A DNA stretch of 64,000 bases from positions 59,590-123,589 of the forward strand of contig PFAH01000002.1 of assembly GCA_002773725.1 (NCBI GenBank), written 5' to 3'. A program made the position numbers and the translations under genes. Source of the stretch: Candidatus Colwellbacteria bacterium CG10_big_fil_rev_8_21_14_0_10_42_22. GTDB lineage: Bacteria > Patescibacteriota > Minisyncoccia > UBA6257 > Colwellbacteraceae. Of the stretch, positions 19,988 to 28,295 are shown piece after piece (positions within the stretch are counted from its first letter, which is position 1; each line of letters starts with the position of its first letter). Below the pieces are notes generated by a model. The model had not been told where the DNA came from, did not search any database, and was given only the letters and a program-made list of their open reading frames with translations.

Positions 19988-19999
19988 TTCACTATTCGG

Positions 20000-20070
20000 T
20001 GGACCTAGGCGGAATCGAACCGCCGTCTGCGCAATGCGAATGCGCTGTTCTACCACTGAACCATAGGCCC
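20000..20070 (-). tRNA. tRNA-Ala(CGC), CCA not encoded
   Basis: Cloverleaf; G3-U70; anticodon loop TTCGCAT; followed by CCG. Confidence 0.95.
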
Positions 20071-20107
20071 AAACTCATCTTACTAACCAAAGAAGTCGGA
20101 CCGCCGG

Positions 20108-20127
20108 CCTGCCTGCCGGTAGGCAGG
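20108..20127. repeat. Near-palindromic 20-bp element CCTGCCTGCCGGTAGGCAGG
   Basis: Self-complementary except for one pair of positions; second copy at 4144. Confidence 0.7.
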
Positions 20128-20163
20128 GATTCGTTTATCACCAAGACTAGGAAAACCCGATTG

Positions 20164-20234
20164 TCGGGCCGGGGAGAATCGAACTCCCACTACAGGCACC
20201 CGAAGCCCGCGTACTACCACTATACTACGGCCCG
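20164..20234 (-). tRNA. tRNA-Pro(CGG), CCA not encoded
   Basis: C1-G72, A73; anticodon loop TTCGGGT; GTTCGATTC T-arm. Confidence 0.95.
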
Positions 20235-20364
20235 AAGTGAGGAGATATATAAAAAGATCCTCTTTCTATATATTCCGAACAATCGGGACGAAAAGCAAAT
20301 TATTGGAAGACAATTTGCGACGGTCCGAACAGTAAACCATACAAACAACAAGACGTTTATTCCG

Positions 20365-21897
20365 CTATTTCACAAAGTATTTCTCTTTGATAGCGTCGTC
20401 AAGGCGGTCTTGTGCTTCTCTTGCCATCTCTTTTGCTTTGTCGGCCATCTTCTTTAACTTATTTTCGTCCATTTCCATAAGCTCTCGCGCTCTTTTAAGA
20501 AGCGCCTCTTCCGTATTAAGCTCCGGGCTATCCAAAACCTCTTCTAATAAAATCGCTAAAACATACCCCATTTGAGGACCGGGCTTCATACCCACTTCGT
20601 TCATAAGAACTTTCCCATCTATTTTTAATTGCTTCACGCCAACCGGCTCTTTCTTAGCCATCTCTATTTTGGCTTGTAAATCACGGAGGCGATATGGTTG
20701 AGCTTTAGGGACTCCTGAACCTATACGATCTGCTTCACGCAGTTTAACAAGATCATCTATATTCTCTACGCCCACTCTTCTTAAAAGACGTCTCACGCCC
20801 TTCTCCGTCACCACTTCGGGATCATAAACAAACATATGCTCACGCACTAAAAGAGCTACTTTTTTAATCATCTCTTTCGGGAACTTCAGGCGATTCATAA
20901 CTTCCTTAACTATCTTTTCTCCCAAGTATTGATGCTGATAAAAAGTCCAATCACCCTTTTTACCTTTCTTCGTTCTATCGCCTCTGGGGTCATCTTTCCA
21001 TTCACGTGTTCCAACCTTTCCAATGTCATGAAGAAGTGAGGATATGCGTAAATGAAGAGGAAATCCTTTTTCTACTGCGTATTCCAAAGCCCTCACGTTG
21101 TGTTCAAATACCGTATATATATGATGTTTGTTTTGCTCCATCCCCACCCCCTCTTGAAGCTCAGGTATCACTTGTTCTAAAAGCCCGACTTCCGACATCA
21201 ATCGAATCCCACCTCCCGCCCCATCTGTCATTAAAAGTTTTATTAATTCATCCCGTATTCTTTCGGGCGCTATTTCCGCCAAAGTTTCTGCCTGTTTTTG
21301 AATGGCCTTTTTTGTTTTTGCTTCAATATCAAACCCAAAACGAGCAGCAAACCTAACCGCCCTCATCATTCTCAAAGAATCCTCACCGAACCTATCCTCA
21401 GGACTACCCACCGCTTTAATGATGCCGGCCCTAATATCAGCTTGTCCACCATACGGGTCTATGATGATTTGCTCGTCCGACACGATGTCCAGGGCGATAG
21501 CGTTCATCGTAAAATCTCTACGCGAAAGATCTTCTTCAATCGTGTCTGTGAACTCCACCGCATCGGGATGTCTATGGTCTGAATAACTATTTTCTTTCCT
21601 AAAGGTGGTTACTTCGACTATGTCTAGTCCTTCTTCTTCGGAACCCGTCTTCACTAACACGGTTCCAAACTCATTTTCATAAACGCTCTCGGGGAAAATT
21701 TCTTGAATATCTTTCGGTTTAGCGCTCGTCGCGATATCCCAATCCTTAGGATTTTCTCCCATCAAAAAATCCCTCACGCATCCACCAACTAAATATGCTG
21801 AAAAACCAGCCTCTTTAAGAGCTTTTGCAAGTTCTTTAACTTCTTGAGGTAGTTCCATAGAAGTTTCTGATTCCCACAATTTACGTTCTCCTTTCAT
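20365..21897 (-). CDS. cca: CCA tRNA nucleotidyltransferase with HD domain; start at 21897 or 21858
   Basis: VGGCVRD, DWDIAT, EDLSRRDFTMNA, LLHDIGK; the ORF-track start at 21990 overlaps a tRNA. Confidence 0.9.
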   Translation of the reverse strand: MKGERKLWESETSMELPQEVKELAKALKEAGFSAYLVGGCVRDFLMGENPKDWDIATSAKPKDIQEIFPESVYENEFGTVLVKTGSEEEGLDIVEVTTFRKENSYSDHRHPDAVEFTDTIEEDLSRRDFTMNAIALDIVSDEQIIIDPYGGQADIRAGIIKAVGSPEDRFGEDSLRMMRAVRFAARFGFDIEAKTKKAIQKQAETLAEIAPERIRDELIKLLMTDGAGGGIRLMSEVGLLEQVIPELQEGVGMEQNKHHIYTVFEHNVRALEYAVEKGFPLHLRISSLLHDIGKVGTREWKDDPRGDRTKKGKKGDWTFYQHQYLGEKIVKEVMNRLKFPKEMIKKVALLVREHMFVYDPEVVTEKGVRRLLRRVGVENIDDLVKLREADRIGSGVPKAQPYRLRDLQAKIEMAKKEPVGVKQLKIDGKVLMNEVGMKPGPQMGYVLAILLEEVLDSPELNTEEALLKRARELMEMDENKLKKMADKAKEMAREAQDRLDDAIKEKYFVK

Positions 21898-21921
21898 TAT
21901 ATATGAGATTAATTTATACGG

Positions 21922-22029
21922 TCCGCGCGGGAGGAATCGAACCTCCAACCTTCTCCTTAAGAGGGAGCTGCTCTGCCGATTGTCCGCCAAAGGCGGATCC
22001 GCCTTTGGCGGAAGCTATTCAACGCACGC
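21922..22029 (-). pseudogene. tRNA-Lys(CTT) copy interrupted by a 30-bp palindrome in the D-stem plus 5 extra nt after the acceptor strand
   Basis: Intact T-arm and anticodon arm (CTCTTAA); GCT^C split by the insert; GCGTGCG pairs 6 of 7 with CGCGCGG. Confidence 0.75.
21983..22012. repeat. Perfect 30-bp palindrome TCCGCCAAAGGCGGATCCGCCTTTGGCGGA
   Basis: Equals its own reverse complement; each half is also a hairpin. Confidence 0.95.
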
Positions 22030-22031
22030 TG

Positions 22032-22104
22032 TCCGTCTCCTGGGAATCGAACCCAGAACCTTCGGCTTAAGAGGCCGCTGCTCTGCCAGTTGAGCTAGAG
22101 ACGG
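22032..22104 (-). tRNA. tRNA-Lys(CTT), CCA not encoded
   Basis: Cloverleaf CCGTCTC...GAGACGG-A; anticodon loop CTCTTAA. Confidence 0.9.
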
Positions 22105-22105
22105 A

Positions 22106-22180
22106 TGGTGTCCCCGGAGGGATTCGAACCCCCAACGGCTGGTTCGAAGCCAGCAATGATATCCATTTCACCACGGGGAC
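22106..22180 (-). tRNA. tRNA-Arg(TCG), CCA encoded
   Basis: GTCCCCG...CGGGGAC-ACCA; anticodon loop CTTCGAA. Confidence 0.93.
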
Positions 22181-22266
22181 AAACGATGTTCCCGCAAGCA
22201 ATCGCGCCACGGGGACTTTGGCTTCGCGCATTCACGATAGCAAAATCCCATACTACTAATCAATAC

Positions 22267-22296
22267 AAAACACCCCGACTTGGGTCGGGGCGTTTT
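22267..22296 (-). terminator. Intrinsic terminator of the candidate ncRNA
   Basis: CGCCCCGAC-CCAA-GTCGGGGTG-TTTT. Confidence 0.8.
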
Positions 22297-22622
22297 GGTT
22301 TCCACTCGGTGCCTTCTCTCATGAGTCTGCGAAGGGGGGTTCGCGGACTCATGAGAGAAGCGGAGAGAGGACGAACGAGATTATCATTCGTTCCCTCTCC
22401 GTTGAAGTTTGTGGGGTGGTGGATGGACGTTAATCCACTGCGCTTTGACGCCAAGCAGGCGTGGGAGAACTTGTTCCCACAGGGACCATAACTAGCGTGT
22501 GGTCGTAACCACACGGCGCTCTAGCCGTCCTCTATCCACCACCCCGGCTAATTAATCCGAATATTCAGATGAATTAGTCGAAGTAGTGGAGCCACTCCAT
22601 CGTTTCAAATTTTCAGGGTACA
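22267..22622 (-). ncRNA. Candidate ~350-nt multi-stem non-coding RNA of unknown class
   Basis: Perfect promoter upstream, terminator at the end, at least 7 stems, no credible ORF. Confidence 0.65.
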
Positions 22623-22627
22623 CGTGC

Positions 22628-22656
22628 ATTATAACACAAGATATCCATTTTGTCAA
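22628..22656 (-). promoter_or_regulatory. Consensus sigma70 promoter
   Basis: TTGACA-17-TATAAT with extended TG. Confidence 0.88.
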
Positions 22657-22688
22657 CACCTCTACTCTTTGCTCTCTATTCTCCAACA

Positions 22689-22711
22689 AAAACCGCCCCA
22701 CATGGGGCGGA
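22689..22711 (-). terminator. Intrinsic terminator
   Basis: CCGCCCCA-TG-TGGGGCGG-TTTTT after the 110-aa gene. Confidence 0.7.
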
Positions 22712-22734
22712 TGTCTTTCTATATTAAGAGTTTC

Positions 22735-23067
22735 TTAAGAAAGAATATCTCTCATCGCCAACATCTCGTTTCTCAACCTGTCATTTAGGTCATCGTAAAA
22801 AGTCGGCATAGCAGAAGCATAAAGCTCTATTTTTTCTTCCATCTCCTCCGGCCTAGCCATTGATTCTTTTAAGTCCTTAAGTTGTTCGGTGGTTAACCTA
22901 TTAAGAAGCGTGTCTAGCACAATATCGTCAAAGTGGTCCCTGATTTTTTCTGCTAACACTTTTTTCTTTTTTTCATCAAGGCCCCGTAATTCAGAACTAT
23001 CAAGCACAACTGCTATCATGCTATCAAAGTATCTTTGTACATTTTTTTCTGTTAAATCTTCTGTCAT
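22735..23067 (-). CDS. Small acidic helical protein, DUF5663-like
   Basis: 110 aa; L..LDE..K..L...I......IV...L..L...Q pattern; starts 1 nt after the upstream stop. Confidence 0.65.
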   Translation of the reverse strand: MTEDLTEKNVQRYFDSMIAVVLDSSELRGLDEKKKKVLAEKIRDHFDDIVLDTLLNRLTTEQLKDLKESMARPEEMEEKIELYASAMPTFYDDLNDRLRNEMLAMRDILS

Positions 23068-23068
23068 A

Positions 23069-25135
23069 TTAAGATGATTTTTCCGTTAATATTTCTAATA
23101 AGGTCGCCCTTGTTCTAGCTCCAAAATTCATTTCATAACCAACAGGTATCGCTCTGTGGTCAACCCAATTTTCTCCCGTTACACCCGCTTCTGGCCAAGC
23201 AATCTTAGAATCCATACAAAGCGCCCTATCTATCCTTGCAATATCTGCATTCGTAAAATTACCTTCTCCGAAGAATTGGTCTAACCATTTGTGGCTCTCA
23301 TTCCATGGGTTAGACCCCTCCATCAAAGAAAAGTTTCTTGGCAACATGCCGATGGTCTCCGGGATACCATCCATGGCGCTAAGAGCATCTTCTCCCGAAG
23401 CTAATTCGTGCATAAACCCGTTCATACCCGACATATCTAGGGCCCTACTACCAGTGAATATCTCATCTGCACCAGCCGGACCGTATATCTGATCAAGTCC
23501 CAAACCATTGCCTTCCATCACTTCAGATAAAGCGCCTTGAAACTCTAATGGTGTCGGTTCTACGCCATTAACGTCTACAAAGTATTCTCTGACGGCATCT
23601 GCTATCGAGCTACCCTCGGGAACGTCAACGCTAGCAAGCTCTCCTTGAAGAGGAATATATTCCGGAACACCAGCAAGCCCACCATCGGCACCAATATCAA
23701 TTATCGATTCTCCGGTTCCTGGAACACCAGCAATCTCCCCAGGATCAATACCACTCCCATCAGGCACACCAGCATCTCCAACCTCAATTACAATTGGGTT
23801 AGGACTACTGGTAGCTTCGGCCTCGCCTAAAAGGCCCAACTTCTTACCCAAAGCTTCCGTTCCTTCATCAACCGCCGCTCCGCCAGCCCCCCTAATCGCC
23901 TCTATTACTTCTAATGCGGCTGCCGCTAAACCACCACCAACTGCTCCCCAAATAGCACCTCTTTTGGCTGCCTTTAATATCCTGGCTCTTGTTTCACCTT
24001 TAGCAGCTCGAATTTCTGCAATCAAAGCCATCCTTTCGGCGGTCTCTGGATCAATTTCAGGCGTGCTCTCTTCACCTCCTTCAATATCCATATCCCCCAT
24101 GGCATCAACCATGCTTTCGGGAGTTTCCAACTTACCCATCTTTTTACCCAAGGCCCAAAGGAGATGTCTACGCCTATCTCTAATATGTTCAACCGCCCTT
24201 ATTCTTTCCCGTGCCTCTGCTTCCTCAAGTTGTTTTTCTAAAAGCTTCAACTCATTTTTAATATCGACTTCTGATAATTCTCCTAAACCACCCTCACCTT
24301 CATTCAGTTCTTTAATAACTCTCCTACGAGCAAAAGTTTCTGAAACTCTTTCTCGAATTGCACCCGACGCATAGCCAGCTGCAGCACCACCACCAACTGC
24401 TCCAATAAAACCACCGAAGACAAAAAAGGCCGTTCTAGCTCCTCGACGAATAACCATTCTAGCGGCGCCACCGGCAACACCACCGGTCAAAAATTCCGTT
24501 ACGGGTTTACCAAAAATTTTAGTTTCTCCTAAACGAGCGCTTAGCTTGCCAAGAAAACCCTTTCCTTCTTTATCTGCCTCGGCTTCTTTTCTAAGGGCTT
24601 CTAATAAAAACTCTCTTAGCTCCTCCGGGTTTTCAGAACGAGAGCCCTTGCCACCCAAAAGTCGATATTGTGCTTTTAACAACTCCTCGTCTGTGGCTCT
24701 CTCTACCCACGCCTCCAGAACTTTGGCTCCTTTTTTATCAATTTGCTCCCGAAGCCTAGTGGTGCCTTTAATTCCTTCTAATAGTTCTCCGCGAACGGCT
24801 TCTTGCGTAGCGATATAATCATCGAGTGATTCTAATAATCTAGCCCTAATTTCTTCTGGATCACCCGTTAGAGCACCTTTGCCCACTAATCTACCTTTAG
24901 CAAAACGAGCTACATCTTCCGGGTTCAGCATGGCCAGGGTTTCTCGCCAACCCTTCAACGATTCTAAATCAGAATATTCCCTAGCTAGTCGTTTTTGATA
25001 TCCTGAACCTATCCTAAAAGCTGGACCCTCTGGTTCTTTCTCAACTTTCGGCTCTTCAGCCGGCTCTTCCAGGTCTAAACCTTCTTCTGTATCAGAATCC
25101 TCGCTCCTTCCTCTGAATTTATCGAAAAATCCCAT
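23069..25135 (-). CDS. Large hypothetical protein with Gly-zipper hydrophobic segments and two degenerate LysM-like C-terminal units
   Basis: 688-aa ORF; GGVAGGAA, GGFIGAVGGGAAAG, GAIWGAVGGGLAAAA. Confidence 0.7.
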   Translation of the reverse strand: MGFFDKFRGRSEDSDTEEGLDLEEPAEEPKVEKEPEGPAFRIGSGYQKRLAREYSDLESLKGWRETLAMLNPEDVARFAKGRLVGKGALTGDPEEIRARLLESLDDYIATQEAVRGELLEGIKGTTRLREQIDKKGAKVLEAWVERATDEELLKAQYRLLGGKGSRSENPEELREFLLEALRKEAEADKEGKGFLGKLSARLGETKIFGKPVTEFLTGGVAGGAARMVIRRGARTAFFVFGGFIGAVGGGAAAGYASGAIRERVSETFARRRVIKELNEGEGGLGELSEVDIKNELKLLEKQLEEAEARERIRAVEHIRDRRRHLLWALGKKMGKLETPESMVDAMGDMDIEGGEESTPEIDPETAERMALIAEIRAAKGETRARILKAAKRGAIWGAVGGGLAAAALEVIEAIRGAGGAAVDEGTEALGKKLGLLGEAEATSSPNPIVIEVGDAGVPDGSGIDPGEIAGVPGTGESIIDIGADGGLAGVPEYIPLQGELASVDVPEGSSIADAVREYFVDVNGVEPTPLEFQGALSEVMEGNGLGLDQIYGPAGADEIFTGSRALDMSGMNGFMHELASGEDALSAMDGIPETIGMLPRNFSLMEGSNPWNESHKWLDQFFGEGNFTNADIARIDRALCMDSKIAWPEAGVTGENWVDHRAIPVGYEMNFGARTRATLLEILTEKSS

Positions 25136-25207
25136 TTGCTTTAAATATCATATATATAGGACTATAAATCAATTCTGTTGTCCACAATAACTGTTAAAAT
25201 AAGATAG

Positions 25208-27340
25208 ATGTCTGAGATTAAGCTACTCGACCCTTTAGAAAACGTAGCTAATGGTATTCAAAAACGTTTTTTAAACCATCTTTCACGCATGGGTATTAAA
25301 ACCGTTAAGGACTTACTTTGGCACTTCCCCGTTCGTTACCAAGACCGGTCCGAAATCTCCAATATCTCCGGACTAAAGGAAGGCGAAGAGGCCACTATTT
25401 ACGGCATTGTCCAAAGCGTAAATACTAGGCGCATCCCTACCCGCAAATTAACTCTCACCGAAGTCCAAATAGCCGACGATGAGGGCAAGGTCATGAACCT
25501 CACTTTTTTCAATCAATCTTACGTAGCTAACGCCCTCACTCCCGGTAAATCTGCCAACTTCTCCGGCAAAGTGAAAGAATATAAAGGCAAGCAAACACTC
25601 CAATCTCCCATTTACGAGTTCACAAAGGCGCGCGGAAAAGAAAAAGAAACCCAACATACTGGTCGTCTCGTCCCAATTTATGGAGAAACCCGAGGACTTA
25701 CGTCTCGCGGTATTCGCTATATTATCAAACCCCTTTTAGACAATCTTGAGAAACTCCCCGAATACATCCCAGCTAAAATATTAAAAGATTTAGGCCTACC
25801 CGATATTAACGTTGCTATCCAAGACATCCATTTTCCCAAAACACAAAAGGATGCCCTCAAAGCACTTGAAAGTTTTGCTTTTCGTGACTTGTTTCTTCTT
25901 CAGCTTCGCAATGCCGAAGAAAAACAACGCCTCCGCGAAGAACAAGCTCATCAAATTACATATACGGACAAAGAATTAAAAGAAATCTTAAGCTATTTAC
26001 CTTTCGAACTCACGGCTTCTCAAAAGAAATCCCTCGACGAGATTCTTCAAGATATAAAGATGGGGCACCCCATGAATCGCCTTCTTCAAGGAGATGTGGG
26101 CTCTGGCAAAACAATTATTGCCGGCATTGGCGCCCTCCTTACAGTTCGTCGAGGATACCAATCTGCCTTCATGGCACCTACCGAAATCCTCGCCCGCCAA
26201 CATTTCAAAACACTTATTAAATTTTTTGAAGAATACGATGGAGGCATCGCCCTTCTTATCTCTAAAGAGGCGCGCGTCTTCTACGGCGATGGACTTGAAT
26301 CAACGGTTAAAAAATCCGAACTGATTAAAAAAATCCGCACAGGCAAAGTGGGTATTGTTATCGGCACTCACGCCCTCATCCAGAAAAATGTTGTATTTAA
26401 AAACTTGGCTTTCGCCGTAGTAGATGAACAGCATCGCTTCGGCGTTGGTCAACGCGCCAACTTGGCTGGAAGTGAGAAGATTTTGCCCCATTTTCTTTCT
26501 ATGAGTGCTACCCCTATCCCACGTACCTTAACCATGACAATCTTTGGCAATCTTGATCTTTCTCTCATCAACGAACTCCCTAAAGGTAGAAAATCCATTA
26601 TCACTAAAATTGTTGATGCCAAAAATCGTAATAAAGCATATGACTTTATTCGCGAACAAATTAAATCAGATCGGCAAGTATTCGTAATCTGTCCTCGTAT
26701 TGAAGATCCCGAAGAACAAGTTGAAACTACTTCTAGGCAAAAATCTGCTTGGGCTGTTAAAGCTGTTAAAGTTGAACACGAAAAACTATCTAAAGAAATC
26801 TTTCCAGAATTCAACGTGGTCATGCTCCACGGCAAATTGAAAACCGAAGAAAAAACAAAAGCTATGCGCGCTTTCGCTGAAGGTAGGGCGGATGTCCTCG
26901 TTTCGACATCTGTGGTGGAAGTGGGAGTCGATATTCCCAACGCCACCATCATGATGATAGAGGGCGCTGACAGATTCGGCCTCGCTCAACTCTACCAATT
27001 CCGCGGGCGGGTCGGCAGGGGTGAACATCAATCGTATTGTCTACTTTTTACGGACTCTAAATCTACTCAAACCCACGAACGTCTTAAGTCGCTCGTTACC
27101 GCTAAAAACGGCTTCGAACTTGCAGAGATGGATCTTAAACTTCGTGGTCCCGGAGAATTCCTGGGGCAAACCCAAACTGGCATGCCCGACCTAGCTCTTA
27201 AAGCCCTTCAAAATCCGGAACTTCTCAAAACTGCCGAAGAGAAAACAAAAGACCTCCTCAAAGAAGACCCTCAATTCAAAAATTCTCCTCTTTTAGAAAA
27301 GAAACTCGCACAATTCAAGCGCGAGATTCACTTAGAATAG
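25208..27340 (+). CDS. recG: ATP-dependent DNA helicase RecG
   Basis: MNRLLQGDVGSGKT, DEQHRFG, SATPIPRT, QFRGRVGRG, DLKLRGPGE. Confidence 0.98.
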   Translation: MSEIKLLDPLENVANGIQKRFLNHLSRMGIKTVKDLLWHFPVRYQDRSEISNISGLKEGEEATIYGIVQSVNTRRIPTRKLTLTEVQIADDEGKVMNLTFFNQSYVANALTPGKSANFSGKVKEYKGKQTLQSPIYEFTKARGKEKETQHTGRLVPIYGETRGLTSRGIRYIIKPLLDNLEKLPEYIPAKILKDLGLPDINVAIQDIHFPKTQKDALKALESFAFRDLFLLQLRNAEEKQRLREEQAHQITYTDKELKEILSYLPFELTASQKKSLDEILQDIKMGHPMNRLLQGDVGSGKTIIAGIGALLTVRRGYQSAFMAPTEILARQHFKTLIKFFEEYDGGIALLISKEARVFYGDGLESTVKKSELIKKIRTGKVGIVIGTHALIQKNVVFKNLAFAVVDEQHRFGVGQRANLAGSEKILPHFLSMSATPIPRTLTMTIFGNLDLSLINELPKGRKSIITKIVDAKNRNKAYDFIREQIKSDRQVFVICPRIEDPEEQVETTSRQKSAWAVKAVKVEHEKLSKEIFPEFNVVMLHGKLKTEEKTKAMRAFAEGRADVLVSTSVVEVGVDIPNATIMMIEGADRFGLAQLYQFRGRVGRGEHQSYCLLFTDSKSTQTHERLKSLVTAKNGFELAEMDLKLRGPGEFLGQTQTGMPDLALKALQNPELLKTAEEKTKDLLKEDPQFKNSPLLEKKLAQFKREIHLE

Positions 27341-27354
27341 ATATCCATAAATTA

Positions 27355-27383
27355 GAGGAGCCCGACTTGGAGTTGGGCTCCTC
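27355..27383. terminator. Hairpin between convergent recG and cassette 4
   Basis: GAGGAGCCCGACT-TGG-AGTTGGGCTCCTC. Confidence 0.65.
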
Positions 27384-27390
27384 ATCGGGC

Positions 27391-28221
27391 TCATATGGGC
27401 GATTTGACCTCGGCGACGAAAGTCGCACCACCAGACCACACGGCGGGGAATCCGGCAGCGTCAAATCTGAATTCACGCGGATTGTTGACAATTTCTACGA
27501 AGGACTCGGTTTGTCCTCTGCGAAGAACTTCTCGCCGAACCTTGTCCAACACCTCCTTGGACAAGTCGCCGTCCAAGGAACGAACACCCCTCATCTTGGC
27601 AGTGTTGATGTCAAGAACAACATCGGCAGAGAAAAGCTGTTTGGGATGTTTTCCAACCGGGAACTTCGCGGACACCCCATTTTCCTTGAAGAAAATGGGG
27701 TCATAGAAGAACCACGGCCTCATGACAAATCGTTCTCCGGGGTAGAAGACCTTCCCCTGAAAGACAACGATGTGCCCCTTGCTTATCACGGGGCGAGACC
27801 AAACGGTCAGCTGGCCAGCAACTGCGACGGCTATGGAAATCAGGGTCCCATAGATAATCACCCTGGAAGCGGGCTCACTCAGGTTGGCTTATTTGGTCAC
27901 CCCAATCCCCAACACGAGCATGAAAAAGCCGAGTAGACCCGCCGCAAAGGTCGCTACACCACAGACAAATCGCAGAACATTCTGCCACCACGCTCCGCCG
28001 TAAACCACGACGGAACGAGAGAAATTTGTCCACCAGAAAAGGGGCGTCATTACCCACGTGAGAGCAACCGAACCAACAACGATCATCCAGGGTGTGAATC
28101 CCGCGTAATCGGAGCGCATCGCCACGTCCAATTGCATGAACCACGAAAGGAACCAAAAAAACCCCGAGAGCAAAACCCCCATAATGGGAGTGAACCAATT
28201 CAAACGCTTCTCTTTCTTCAC
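27391..28221 (-). pseudogene. GC-rich ORFan membrane protein (cassette 4) split by one in-frame TAA at 27889-27891
   Basis: ORFs 27889..28293 and 27391..27861 share a frame with 9 sense codons between them; GGAGG 6 nt before GTG 28221; TTGACA at 28288-28293. Confidence 0.6.
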
Positions 28222-28295
28222 AATAGACCTCCAGTCCATGTTGAATATGTGTAGAACTACGAACTTCGTACAATATTCATAATAGAATGTCAATT

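Noticed and set aside
19981-20457. 158-aa plus-strand ORF (likewise 22105..22491)
   Set aside because: Antisense to tRNA genes.
21898-21990. N-terminal extension of the cca ORF
   Set aside because: It is the translated tRNA-Lys copy.
22207-22216. 10-nt duplicate of the tRNA-Arg 5' end as an att site
   Set aside because: Too short, only 36 nt away, and no integrase nearby.
22260-22514. 84-aa minus-strand ORF inside the structured unit; tmRNA or RNase P identity
   Set aside because: The ORF runs through the terminator and has a poorly spaced SD; there is no T-loop with CCA end and no GAGGAAAGUC P4 motif.
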